A stretch of DNA of 46,068 nt from a virus, in the IMG/VR virus record IMGVR_UViG_3300045988_011650. One strand, written 5' to 3'. The position numbers were made by a program, and so were the translations under genes. The notes under the pieces are model-generated. The model did not search any database. It was not told the DNA's origin and saw nothing but the letters and a program-made list of their open reading frames with translations. Position 1 is the stretch's first letter. Each line of letters opens with the position of its first letter. This document shows positions 16,735-24,808 of the stretch, one piece after another.

Positions 16735-17068
16735 GAAGTCCGGTGGTAAAATCTTCGCCGTTCAGTTCAACAAAGCTGAAGAACGGGCCTTGGATCAGGA
16801 AATCAAGAAACAGATTGTGGAAAACGATCGGGCTTTTGACATGGACAAAGAATCATCCATCCTGTGGATGCTTCACACCCAATTTGGCTTTGGCCCCAAG
16901 CGTCTGAAGCTGGCGTGGAAGCTGTTCTATGCCGAAACTCGGAAGCTACGGGAACATTACCTGATGGAACAGGCCGATGATGGGTGGTTAGCCCGTAAAA
17001 AGTTGAAGGACATTGGGTGTGACATTGAAGAATGGTACAGAGAAGAAGGAGGGAAAACCGATGCCTAA
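16721..17068 (+). CDS. Hypothetical protein
   Basis: Start at MPMFKKSGG after GGAGTGA; overlaps the thyX end. Confidence 0.55.
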   Translation: MPMFKKSGGKIFAVQFNKAEERALDQEIKKQIVENDRAFDMDKESSILWMLHTQFGFGPKRLKLAWKLFYAETRKLREHYLMEQADDGWLARKKLKDIGCDIEEWYREEGGKTDA

Positions 17069-17267
17069 ACCTTGGGAAAATGCTGAAGGGTATCACGATC
17101 CGACAGCTTACCACGGCACAAAGAATATCATCCGTGACGAGGATGAACAGCAGAAGCGGGTGAACACCCTGATCTTCGTTCTGAAGTACATCACCCGTTT
17201 GGCGGGGTTTGAACTTCTGAACCGCATTGAAATCAAAGACCGTAAGACCGGGAGGGAATACAAATGA
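17061..17267 (+). CDS. Hypothetical protein
   Basis: Start at MPKPWENAEGYHDPTAY after GAAGGAGGG. Confidence 0.55.
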   Translation: MPKPWENAEGYHDPTAYHGTKNIIRDEDEQQKRVNTLIFVLKYITRLAGFELLNRIEIKDRKTGREYK

Positions 17268-17602
17268 TCAATTACTATGACCCAAATTTTCAGGGTGTCC
17301 ATGTGATCCGGGTGACTTTCATGCAATGGGATTACATAGGCCATGTTGCCTTTGAAGTTGGCGGAAACTGCAAAGGCGCTGAACTGATGGATTTCACCTT
17401 TTTGGAGTGTGACAACCAAGAAGATATTGACCGCTATTCTGAAAATGATTGTCAGTTCAGTTATGATGAAGAAAATGAAGTTTATACCGCCGTTCTGAAA
17501 AATGCTGACGGTGACACCTTGGAAGTTGAAGGTGATGAATGTGATTTCAAGGCTATGGCGGTAGCCATTGAAATTGCAGGAACAACGGTGGAACGCCGAT
17601 GA
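17264..17602 (+). CDS. Hypothetical acidic protein
   Basis: 112-aa ORF, ATGA overlap upstream. Confidence 0.5.
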   Translation: MINYYDPNFQGVHVIRVTFMQWDYIGHVAFEVGGNCKGAELMDFTFLECDNQEDIDRYSENDCQFSYDEENEVYTAVLKNADGDTLEVEGDECDFKAMAVAIEIAGTTVERR

Positions 17603-17721
17603 AGAAAATGCTGGTAGTGCTGACCCTTGTGCTGTTGCTTATGGGCGTGGCCGAGTATTTCAGCATTGATCCTGTTTGGTTCCTGATTGTCTGGTATCTT
17701 TCGGACAATATTTCCGCCTGA
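17599..17721 (+). CDS. Small (40 aa) hydrophobic protein
   Basis: Read by hand: MKKMLVVLTLVLLLMGVAEYFSIDPVWFLIVWYLSDNISA; ATGA overlap with the upstream stop; below the ORF-track size cut-off. Confidence 0.4.
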   Translation: MKKMLVVLTLVLLLMGVAEYFSIDPVWFLIVWYLSDNISA

Positions 17722-17744
17722 ACAGGTGCTTCTTCAGTAGGGGT

Positions 17745-18018
17745 TGGAACAGCGTGTGGAACAGGTATGGAATAGATGTTTTTTCTATATCTGTTCCGCA
17801 CGAAAACCCTTGATATATCAGGCTTTTTCAGTTGTTTTCAGGGAACGGAACAGATGGAACAGATGTAAATATATTTTCTTCTTATAAAGAAAAAAATATA
17901 TAAGAAATGTGTATATAAGGAACTGCCCGTTTTATCTGTTCCATGCGTTCCAAAGTCCTGAAATCACTTGATTTTTCAGCATTTATTAACGGTACAGATG
18001 CAATGAAAACGGAACAGA
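17745..18018. promoter_or_regulatory. Iteron-rich non-coding module B (GGAACAGAT/ATCTGTTCC), upstream of the late-activator gene
   Basis: GGAACAGCG 17746, GGAACAGGT 17758, GGAATAGAT 17769, ATCTGTTCC 17789-17797, GGAACGGAA 17842, perfect tandem GGAACAGAT x2 at 17847-17864, ATCTGTTCC 17934-17942, GTTCC 17947-17951, GGTACAGAT 17989, GGAACAGAC 18010; A/T-rich core 17866-17918. Confidence 0.65.
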
Positions 18019-18542
18019 CCACCGCAGAAAGGATGTGTTACATAGTGAATGACAAAGACCTTTCCCAACAGGCCAAAGAATACTTTGCCCAAATCAGGAA
18101 AACGGATCGTTTGATCCATCGGCTTGATAGTACCATTGCAACCTTGCGTTCCAGCTTGACTTCTACCGGAAGCCAACTGAAGCAGGACAAGGTTCAGACT
18201 TCAGGCCCCAAGAATACCCTTGAAGAAACCATCACCAAGATCATTGACCTTGAAGCCAAGATCAATGCCCGGATTGATGAACTTGTGAGCATGAAACAGG
18301 AAGCGTTCACCATGATCAACCGGATTCCTGACCTTGATCAGCAAAATATTCTGATCGGGCGCTATATTCAGTTGAAAAAATGGGAAGATATTTCTGAAGA
18401 ACTGAATTATTCTATGCAATGGGTTTTTGAACTTCACGGAAAGGGTTTACTTGCTTTTGCCAAGGCAAATAGCGACTTTCTAAACAACCGAGAAAACCAG
18501 AGTGCCACCGGTTCCAAACAGAGTAAAGAATCGGTAGAATAG
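18003..18542 (+). CDS. Late-gene transcriptional activator candidate (sigma-70 region-4-like / DUF1492-ArpU-RinA type)
   Basis: C-terminal QQNILIGRYIQLKKWEDISEELNYSMQWVFELHGKGLLAF; N-terminal coiled coil; lies immediately upstream of terS. Start is uncertain (17943, 18003 or 18045). Confidence 0.6.
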   Translation: MKTEQTTAERMCYIVNDKDLSQQAKEYFAQIRKTDRLIHRLDSTIATLRSSLTSTGSQLKQDKVQTSGPKNTLEETITKIIDLEAKINARIDELVSMKQEAFTMINRIPDLDQQNILIGRYIQLKKWEDISEELNYSMQWVFELHGKGLLAFAKANSDFLNNRENQSATGSKQSKESVE

Positions 18543-18555
18543 TAAATAAGAAATT

Positions 18556-18583
18556 GCGCCTACGGGAAACCGGGGCGCTTTTT
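18556..18583 (+). terminator. Hairpin plus T5 between the activator gene and terS
   Basis: GCGCC-tacgggaaaccgg-GGCGC followed by TTTTT. Confidence 0.4.
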
Positions 18584-18611
18584 CTATGCCTGATGAAAGG
18601 GGTGAATACCT

Positions 18612-19034
18612 GTGACACCAAGACAGCGGAAGTTCTGTGATGAATACCTGATCAGCGGCAATGCTACGGATGCGGCAATCAAGGCGGGGTATTCGCCCAA
18701 GACCGCAAAGCAGACGGGTTCTGAAAACCTTGCAAAACCTGACTTGAAAGCGTACATCGAAACCGAACTTGAAAAACTTCATTCGGCCAAGATCGCTGAT
18801 GCTGAAGAAGTCATGAAATACCTGACTTCGGTGATGCGGGGTGAACATACTGAAGAAATCCCGATCCTGTGCGGTGACGGTTGCCAAGAGTTGACGCAGA
18901 AAGAGGTTGGAGCCAAGGAAAGGTTGAAGGCCGCTGAACTGATCGGCAAGCGTTATGGTATGTTCACGGACAAGGTAGGTGTGGAAGGGGCCGTTCCGGT
19001 GATTATCACGGGGGATGATCAACTTGAAGATTAG
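18612..19034 (+). CDS. terS: Terminase small subunit (P27/Terminase_2 type)
   Basis: TPRQRKFCDEYLISGNATDAAIKAGYSPKTAKQTGSENL; GTG start after AAAGGGGTGA. Confidence 0.9.
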   Translation: MTPRQRKFCDEYLISGNATDAAIKAGYSPKTAKQTGSENLAKPDLKAYIETELEKLHSAKIADAEEVMKYLTSVMRGEHTEEIPILCGDGCQELTQKEVGAKERLKAAELIGKRYGMFTDKVGVEGAVPVIITGDDQLED

Positions 19035-20346
19035 CCCACAGGCCAAACGGGTTCACCTTCCTGAAGTAGTTGGTAAGGGTTACGGAACCTTCTGGAACTT
19101 CAAAGGCCGTTACCGGGTGTGTAAGGGAAGCCGTGCTTCCAAGAAATCCAAGACCACGGTCCTGAACATCATCAAACGGATGATGCAATACCCGGAAGCC
19201 AATACCCTTGTGGTTCGCAAGGTGTTCAGAACTTTGAAAGATTCCTGTTTCACAGAACTGAAATGGGCTATCAACCGCCTTGGTGTTTCGGCCTATTGGG
19301 AAATCAAGGAAAGCCCCCTTGAAATGACCTATCTTCCCACCGGTCAGAAGATTTACTTCCGGGGCCTTGATGATCCCCTGAAGGTTACTTCAATTACGGT
19401 TGAAATAGGGTTTCTGTGCTGGTGCTGGATTGAAGAAGCATACGAAATCATGAATGAAGCTGATTTTGATATGCTGGATGAATCCATCCGTGGTGCTATC
19501 CCGGAAGAAACCGGCCTGTTCAAGCAAATCACGCTGACATTCAACCCGTGGAACGAAAAACACTGGATCAGAAAGCGGTTCTTTGGAGAGATTACCGGCA
19601 AGGATGCCCAAGGGAACCCCACATACCGTTTCCATGATAGCTGGACTTCCCCGGATGGGCAGATTTACGCCACCACCACCAATTACCTGTGTAATGAATG
19701 GCTGGATGAAGCTGACCTGAAGGTTTTTCAGACCATGAAGGAAACCAACCCCCGGCGCTATAAAGTGGCTGGCCTTGGTGGTTGGGGCATTGTGGATGGC
19801 CTGATTTATGAGAACTGGCGGGAAGAACTGTTCAACCCGGCTGAAATCAGCGCCAAGGATGGCGTGAAATCTGCCTTCGGCCTTGATTTTGGCTATACCA
19901 ATGACCCCACGGCGCTTTTCTGTGGGCTGGTGAGTACAGCAGAAAAAACCATTTGGGTTTTCGATGAACTGTATAAAAAGGCCCTGACCAACCGGGCCAT
20001 TTGCGAACAAGTCACAGTGATGGGCTATGCCAAGGAACGGATTAAGGCCGATTGTGCAGAACCCAAGAGCATTGACGAATTGCGGGAAGCTGGCCTTCAG
20101 CGTATCAGAGCCGCCCGGAAGGGCAAGGACAGCGTGAACAATGGCATTCAGTACATTCAGGATTACACCATCATCATTCATCCCCGGTGTGTGAACTTCA
20201 TTACTGAAATTTCAAATTACACTTGGGCTGAAGATAAGTTTGGGGCCAAGATCAATACCCCCATTGATGATTTCAACCACCTGATGGACGCTATGCGTTA
20301 TGCGCTGGAAGATATGCTGGTTGGCCCCGCCTTCAGCTTCGACTAA
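19015..20346 (+). CDS. terL: Terminase large subunit (PBSX family)
   Basis: YRVCKGSRASKKSKT P-loop, typical PBSX-family N-terminus, 443 aa, follows terS. Confidence 0.9.
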   Translation: MINLKISPQAKRVHLPEVVGKGYGTFWNFKGRYRVCKGSRASKKSKTTVLNIIKRMMQYPEANTLVVRKVFRTLKDSCFTELKWAINRLGVSAYWEIKESPLEMTYLPTGQKIYFRGLDDPLKVTSITVEIGFLCWCWIEEAYEIMNEADFDMLDESIRGAIPEETGLFKQITLTFNPWNEKHWIRKRFFGEITGKDAQGNPTYRFHDSWTSPDGQIYATTTNYLCNEWLDEADLKVFQTMKETNPRRYKVAGLGGWGIVDGLIYENWREELFNPAEISAKDGVKSAFGLDFGYTNDPTALFCGLVSTAEKTIWVFDELYKKALTNRAICEQVTVMGYAKERIKADCAEPKSIDELREAGLQRIRAARKGKDSVNNGIQYIQDYTIIIHPRCVNFITEISNYTWAEDKFGAKINTPIDDFNHLMDAMRYALEDMLVGPAFSFD

Positions 20347-20427
20347 TAACAGGATAGTAACAAACATCCTCGGAAACACACGGTTTCTGGTGTTCGGTGT
20401 TCATTGCCCAATAGAAAGGAACCGCCC

Positions 20428-20601
20428 ATGTTTGAACAACAGCACATTTTGAAGAAAATTGAACAGTGGGCGGATCGGCTTCCCTACCAGTCTTTGAAGA
20501 TTGAAGTGGAACTTTCAAACCAAACGCTGACCTTGGAGAAAACCAGACAGCGCCCCATTGGATTTCAGCCCCCCCCCCAAGAGAGAAAGGATGGTGATTG
20601 A
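20428..20601 (+). CDS. Small hypothetical protein (contains a C10 tract)
   Basis: MFEQQHILKKIEQWADRL... after GAAAGGA; C10 at 20569-20578 encodes PPPQ. It may instead be non-coding leader. Confidence 0.35.
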   Translation: MFEQQHILKKIEQWADRLPYQSLKIEVELSNQTLTLEKTRQRPIGFQPPPQERKDGD

Positions 20602-20603
20602 AT

Positions 20604-22097
20604 ATGCCTTTGTTTACTGATACTGAAACGGCCCGGATCAATCGCCTGATCCTGATGGGCGGCAATACCGGCATGACTGAACTTCAGTTTTTCGCCGCTG
20701 AAATTGATGAATGGAAGCGGAGCCGCAAGCGGAAAGAACAGATTACCGGGGATGCCTACTATGAAGGTTTCCATGACATTCTGACCCGCAAGCGCACAAT
20801 CATTGGCGAGGATGGCAAACTTCAGGAAGTTGACAACCTTCCCAACAATCGGCTGGTGGATAACCAGTTTGCTTTGATGGTGGATCAGAAAACCAACTAT
20901 CTTGTGGGCAAGCCCTTTTCCCTGACTTGTAGAAACAAGACCTACTCCGAATTTCTGAACAAGGTTTTTGATAAGCGGTTCAAGCGGCTTCTGAAGTATG
21001 TGTGTGAAGATGCCCTGAAAGGCGGGATCGGCTGGTTGTACCCCTACTATGGGGATGATGGCAAACTTGCCTTCAAGCACTTCCCGGCCCATGAAATTCT
21101 TCCGTTTTGGGCTGACGATGATCATACCATCCTTGATTGTGCTGTCCGCCTTTACCCGCAAGAGGTTTGGAGCGGCTACACCAAGGAAATTGTGGAGCGG
21201 GTGGAAATCTTCAAATCAGATGGCCTTTACCGCTATGTGTATGATGGAACCACCCTGACCCCGGATGAACAGTTGGGGGAACATGAAAACTATTTCAGTG
21301 TTGACGATGGGGAAGAAACGGTTGAACTGAATTGGGAGCGGATTCCCCTGATCCCGTTCAAGTACAATAAGCAGGAAATCCCCCTGATTCGCCGTGTGAA
21401 AACCCTTCAGGACGGTATCAACACTATGATTTCCGACTTTGAAAACAATATGCAAGAGGACGCACGGAACACCATTCTGATCCTGAAGAACTATGATGGT
21501 GAAAACCTTGGGGAGTTCCGCCGCAACCTTGCAACCTTCGGAGCCGTGAAAGTTCGGGATGATGGCGGGGTGGAAACCCTGACCGTTGAAATTAACGCTG
21601 AAAACTTCAATTCCATTCTGAAACTGTTCAAGGATAAACTGATTGAAAACGCCCGTGGCTATAATGCCAAGGATGATCGCATGGGTAACAACCCCAATCA
21701 GATGAACATTCAATCCATGTATTCTGACATTGACCTTGACGCAAACGGGATGGAAACCGAGTTCCAAGCGGCCTTTGATGATCTTCTGTGGTTTATCAAT
21801 CAGGATTTTGCCAACACTGGCCGGGGTGACTTCGAGGAAGAAGAAACTACCATTGTTTTCAACCGGGATATGCCGGTGAATGAAAGTGAAGCCATTGAAA
21901 ACTGTGGGAAGTCCGTTGGTATTCTGTCCAATGAAACCATTGTGGCCCAGCACCCGTGGACAACGGATGTGGAATTGGAGTTGGAGCGGATCAGGAAGGA
22001 AAAGGAAGAAGCAATGGAACAGGCGCAGGATTACACCGGCGCTTTTGGGAATGTTCAGAAAGAAGATCCTGATGGTGATGAAGGCGGGGACGAATAA
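20604..22097 (+). CDS. Portal protein (SPP1 gp6-like)
   Basis: QITGDAYYEGFHDIL...LPNNRLVDNQFALMVDQKTNYLVGKPFSL; about 500 aa; follows terL. Confidence 0.9.
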   Translation: MPLFTDTETARINRLILMGGNTGMTELQFFAAEIDEWKRSRKRKEQITGDAYYEGFHDILTRKRTIIGEDGKLQEVDNLPNNRLVDNQFALMVDQKTNYLVGKPFSLTCRNKTYSEFLNKVFDKRFKRLLKYVCEDALKGGIGWLYPYYGDDGKLAFKHFPAHEILPFWADDDHTILDCAVRLYPQEVWSGYTKEIVERVEIFKSDGLYRYVYDGTTLTPDEQLGEHENYFSVDDGEETVELNWERIPLIPFKYNKQEIPLIRRVKTLQDGINTMISDFENNMQEDARNTILILKNYDGENLGEFRRNLATFGAVKVRDDGGVETLTVEINAENFNSILKLFKDKLIENARGYNAKDDRMGNNPNQMNIQSMYSDIDLDANGMETEFQAAFDDLLWFINQDFANTGRGDFEEEETTIVFNRDMPVNESEAIENCGKSVGILSNETIVAQHPWTTDVELELERIRKEKEEAMEQAQDYTGAFGNVQKEDPDGDEGGDE

Positions 22098-22196
22098 TCC
22101 CCGCCTTCCCTATATGCCGGGGCAATAATGGGGCGGGGCCGGGGTTCACCTCCTTACCCGGTCAAAGGTGCAATTCCTTTCCCCGGCACTTTCTAT

Positions 22197-22271
22197 GGCG
22201 TGTTAGTCAAGCGGTTAAGACACCGGCCCTTCAAGCCGGGAACACGGGTTCGACCCCCGTACACGCTACCA
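22197..22271 (+). tRNA. tRNA-Glu-like (anticodon UUC by position) with C33 in place of U33
   Basis: Folded by hand: acceptor GGCGTGT/ACACGCT, D arm GTCAAGCGGTTAAGAC, anticodon stem CCGGC/GCCGG with loop CCTTCAA, T arm ACGGG-TTCGACC-CCCGT, encoded ACCA end. From memory, the D arm and variable/T-stem region resemble Bacillus-type tRNA-Glu. Confidence 0.75.
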
Positions 22272-22274
22272 CTT

Positions 22275-22357
22275 GCCGGGTTGGTGGAATGGCAGACACA
22301 GCGGATTCAAAATCCGCCGCCTTTGGCGTATGGGTTCAAGTCCCATACCCGGCACCA
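22275..22357 (+). tRNA. tRNA-Leu (anticodon CAA), class II with long variable arm
   Basis: Acceptor GCCGGGT/ACCCGGC, anticodon stem GCGGA/TCCGC with loop TTCAAAA, variable arm GCC-TTT-GGC, T arm ATGGG-TTCAAGT-CCCAT, encoded ACCA. Confidence 0.9.
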
Positions 22358-22452
22358 TCTGGGAACGCTAAATAGTTGTTATGGGTTTTAGCACGGGCAT
22401 GAGTTGCGGAGTGGTTATAGTGCCTGATCATTCAAGAAGGGAGCGTGACCCC

Positions 22453-24435
22453 GTGAAAAATGCTGACTATTGGCGGGGCCGGTTCGCCATTCTTGAAAAT
22501 TCGGCCCACAAACAAGCGGATGAATACCTTCAGACACTTGAAGATATTTACCGGGAAACTGAACACACTGTTCAGCGGGATATTGAAAGCTGGTATCAGC
22601 GATTTGCAACCAATAACAATGTGACTTTGGCGGAAGCCCGGAAAATGCTGACCACCGGACAGCTTGAAGAATTCAAGTGGACGGCGGAACAGTATGTGAA
22701 AGCCGCACAGCAAGCCAACCTTTCCCCGGAATGGATTAAGAAGTTGGAAAACGCTTCAACCCGTTTCCATGTCAGCCGCCTTGAAGCAATCCAACTGCAA
22801 ATTCAACAGCAGATTGAACTTCTGTATGGCAATCAGGTTGATGGGGTGGATGATCTTCTGAAGAAGCTGGTTTCCAATGGGTACACCCACGGGGCCTTTG
22901 AAATCCAAAAGGGCATTGGCCTTGGATGGGATTTCACCGCTTTGAACCAGAAGAAACTTGAAACCTTACTTTCAAAACCGTGGACAACGGACGGACGGAC
23001 TTTTCGGGATCGCTGTTGGGTGAACAAGGCTGATTTGGTGGACACCGTAAACAAAGAACTGCTTCAAGGTATGTTGCGGGGTGATCCACCGGCCAAGACT
23101 ATCACCGCCATTCAAAAGAAGTTCGGAACAGCCCGTTATAAGGCAAGGCGGCTGGTGCATACGGAAACCACCTATTTCAACGCTGTTTCCAAAATCCAGA
23201 TGTATAAAGATTTGGGTGTGGATCAGATTGAAATTGTGGAAACGCTGGATTCCCGCACCTGTGCGGTATGTCAGCCCCTTGATGGAACGGTGATCCCGCT
23301 GGCCCAATATGAGCCGGGGGTGACTGTTCCGCCCTTCCACCCAAATTGCCGGGGAACCACTTGCCCCCATTATGACGATATGGACGGCGAAAGAGCCGCC
23401 CGCACCGCTGATGGAAAGGTGTACTATGTCCCGGCCAACATGAAATATACCGATTGGAAGAAGGCTTTTGTGGATGGTGTGAAGGATGGTTTGACGGTTG
23501 CCACCGTGGGCGCTATAATGAAGGCGAAAAGGGAATTGGAGCCGCTGAAGGCTGAAATGTTCCCTGAATACCTGACTGACAAGAAGGAACGGAAGAACAC
23601 CCAAGCCCTGATTGATTATGTGAATGCGTGTGAAAACGCTGATCCTGATGTGGTTGCCCTTTATTCCAAAATGGGGGCTATGGAAAACATCAGGGCCAAC
23701 GGTATTCCCATGAAGGTTTCCCACGGGAAAGGCTATGCGGTTAATTATCGCTATTATACCCGGAATGATCAGCTTGCGGATGTTGAATTGATTATTCCCA
23801 AGCTGGCAGGGGATGATCTTACCGGCCAAGTGGTTACGACCTTGCATGAGGAAATGCGCCTGATGGATATGTTCAACCGGTCAGACCCGGCAAAGTATTC
23901 AGGTTGGTTCAGTTCCAGCCATGCCAAGTTAAGTTCCTTTTTCCAGAAAACCAACACTGATATTGCGGATGATATTGATTCCCTTTTTGAAGCCTTCGAT
24001 AAGGAATGCAAGCGTATTACGGCGGAAATCAATGCTGAATTGAGAACCGCCACTTCCACCTTGACGGATCAATACTATGCAAGAACCATTTCTTATTCCG
24101 ACTACAAAAAAGCCTTCAATAAGCTAAAGCGTGAAGCAAGTGAACAAATTGATTATCAATGCCGAAACGCTATGGGCGGCGGTATCAGTTCCCTTGAAGA
24201 TATTTACGATGCCCTTTCCGGTGGTTCGGCCCGTGATGCTGGCCTTGTGCGATATGGTCACGGTTCCAAATATTACCGGGATATTGGGAAACGAGCGGAA
24301 GAAACCCTTGCCAATTATGGCGCTTTGTCGGTTGTCCGTCCTGACCTGATAGAAATGCTTCGTAAGGATAAACCGGAGTTGGTAGAAGCCTTGGAAGAAG
24401 TTATTCAGGATATGTTAAAGAAAGCGGGTGGTTAA
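22453..24435 (+). CDS. Head morphogenesis protein (SPP1 gp7 / Mu F-like) with a long C-terminal extension
   Basis: NADYWRGRFAILE..., ARRLVHTETTYFNAVS, SRTCAVCQPLDG...PPFHPNCRGT. GTG at 22453 after AAGAAGGGAG (ATG at 22381 would sit 24 nt after the tRNA). Confidence 0.85.
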   Translation: MKNADYWRGRFAILENSAHKQADEYLQTLEDIYRETEHTVQRDIESWYQRFATNNNVTLAEARKMLTTGQLEEFKWTAEQYVKAAQQANLSPEWIKKLENASTRFHVSRLEAIQLQIQQQIELLYGNQVDGVDDLLKKLVSNGYTHGAFEIQKGIGLGWDFTALNQKKLETLLSKPWTTDGRTFRDRCWVNKADLVDTVNKELLQGMLRGDPPAKTITAIQKKFGTARYKARRLVHTETTYFNAVSKIQMYKDLGVDQIEIVETLDSRTCAVCQPLDGTVIPLAQYEPGVTVPPFHPNCRGTTCPHYDDMDGERAARTADGKVYYVPANMKYTDWKKAFVDGVKDGLTVATVGAIMKAKRELEPLKAEMFPEYLTDKKERKNTQALIDYVNACENADPDVVALYSKMGAMENIRANGIPMKVSHGKGYAVNYRYYTRNDQLADVELIIPKLAGDDLTGQVVTTLHEEMRLMDMFNRSDPAKYSGWFSSSHAKLSSFFQKTNTDIADDIDSLFEAFDKECKRITAEINAELRTATSTLTDQYYARTISYSDYKKAFNKLKREASEQIDYQCRNAMGGGISSLEDIYDALSGGSARDAGLVRYGHGSKYYRDIGKRAEETLANYGALSVVRPDLIEMLRKDKPELVEALEEVIQDMLKKAGG

Positions 24436-24436
24436 T

Positions 24437-24649
24437 ATGACACGGGAAGAAAAGCTGATGAAGGTTCATGCGCTGTTGGCTGAAGTTTCTGATGTTCTGG
24501 TTGACCGCTTCTTTGATGCGGACAGTGAAGAACTTCTTGATGAAAAAATTGAAGTTCTTACTGCTTTGAAGGATGGGAAACCGCCTGACCAAATCCCCAA
24601 TTATTATTCTGTTCTTGAAAACTTCAGCCCGGATCAGCATTGGGACTGA
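24437..24649 (+). CDS. Hypothetical acidic protein
   Basis: 70-aa ORF, start overlaps the upstream stop region. Confidence 0.5.
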   Translation: MTREEKLMKVHALLAEVSDVLVDRFFDADSEELLDEKIEVLTALKDGKPPDQIPNYYSVLENFSPDQHWD

Positions 24650-24670
24650 TCCACAATATTGTTGATTGAA

Positions 24671-24704
24671 CCACCCCGGCCTTCGGGCCGGTGGTGGTTT
24701 TTTC
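24671..24704 (+). terminator. Rho-independent terminator
   Basis: CCACCCCGGCC-TTCG-GGCCGGTGGTGG (11 bp, one bulge) followed by T6. Confidence 0.8.
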
Positions 24705-24808
24705 ATACCTATTCGCCGTTTCCCGGTTGTGGGCGGAAAACAGAGCCGGGGGAAATCGTGGTTCCTGACCCACGGTAAAAAAGGATTTTATGATGGAGGT
24801 ATCACACT

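Noticed and set aside
22128-22391. 87-aa ORF between the portal and MuF genes
   Set aside because: It is fully occupied by two well-folding tRNA genes and a tRNA-sized remnant, so the ORF is incidental.
23830-23850. HEEMR in the MuF C-terminal extension as a zinc-metalloprotease motif
   Set aside because: The motif is HExxR, not HExxH, and there is no downstream third ligand pattern.
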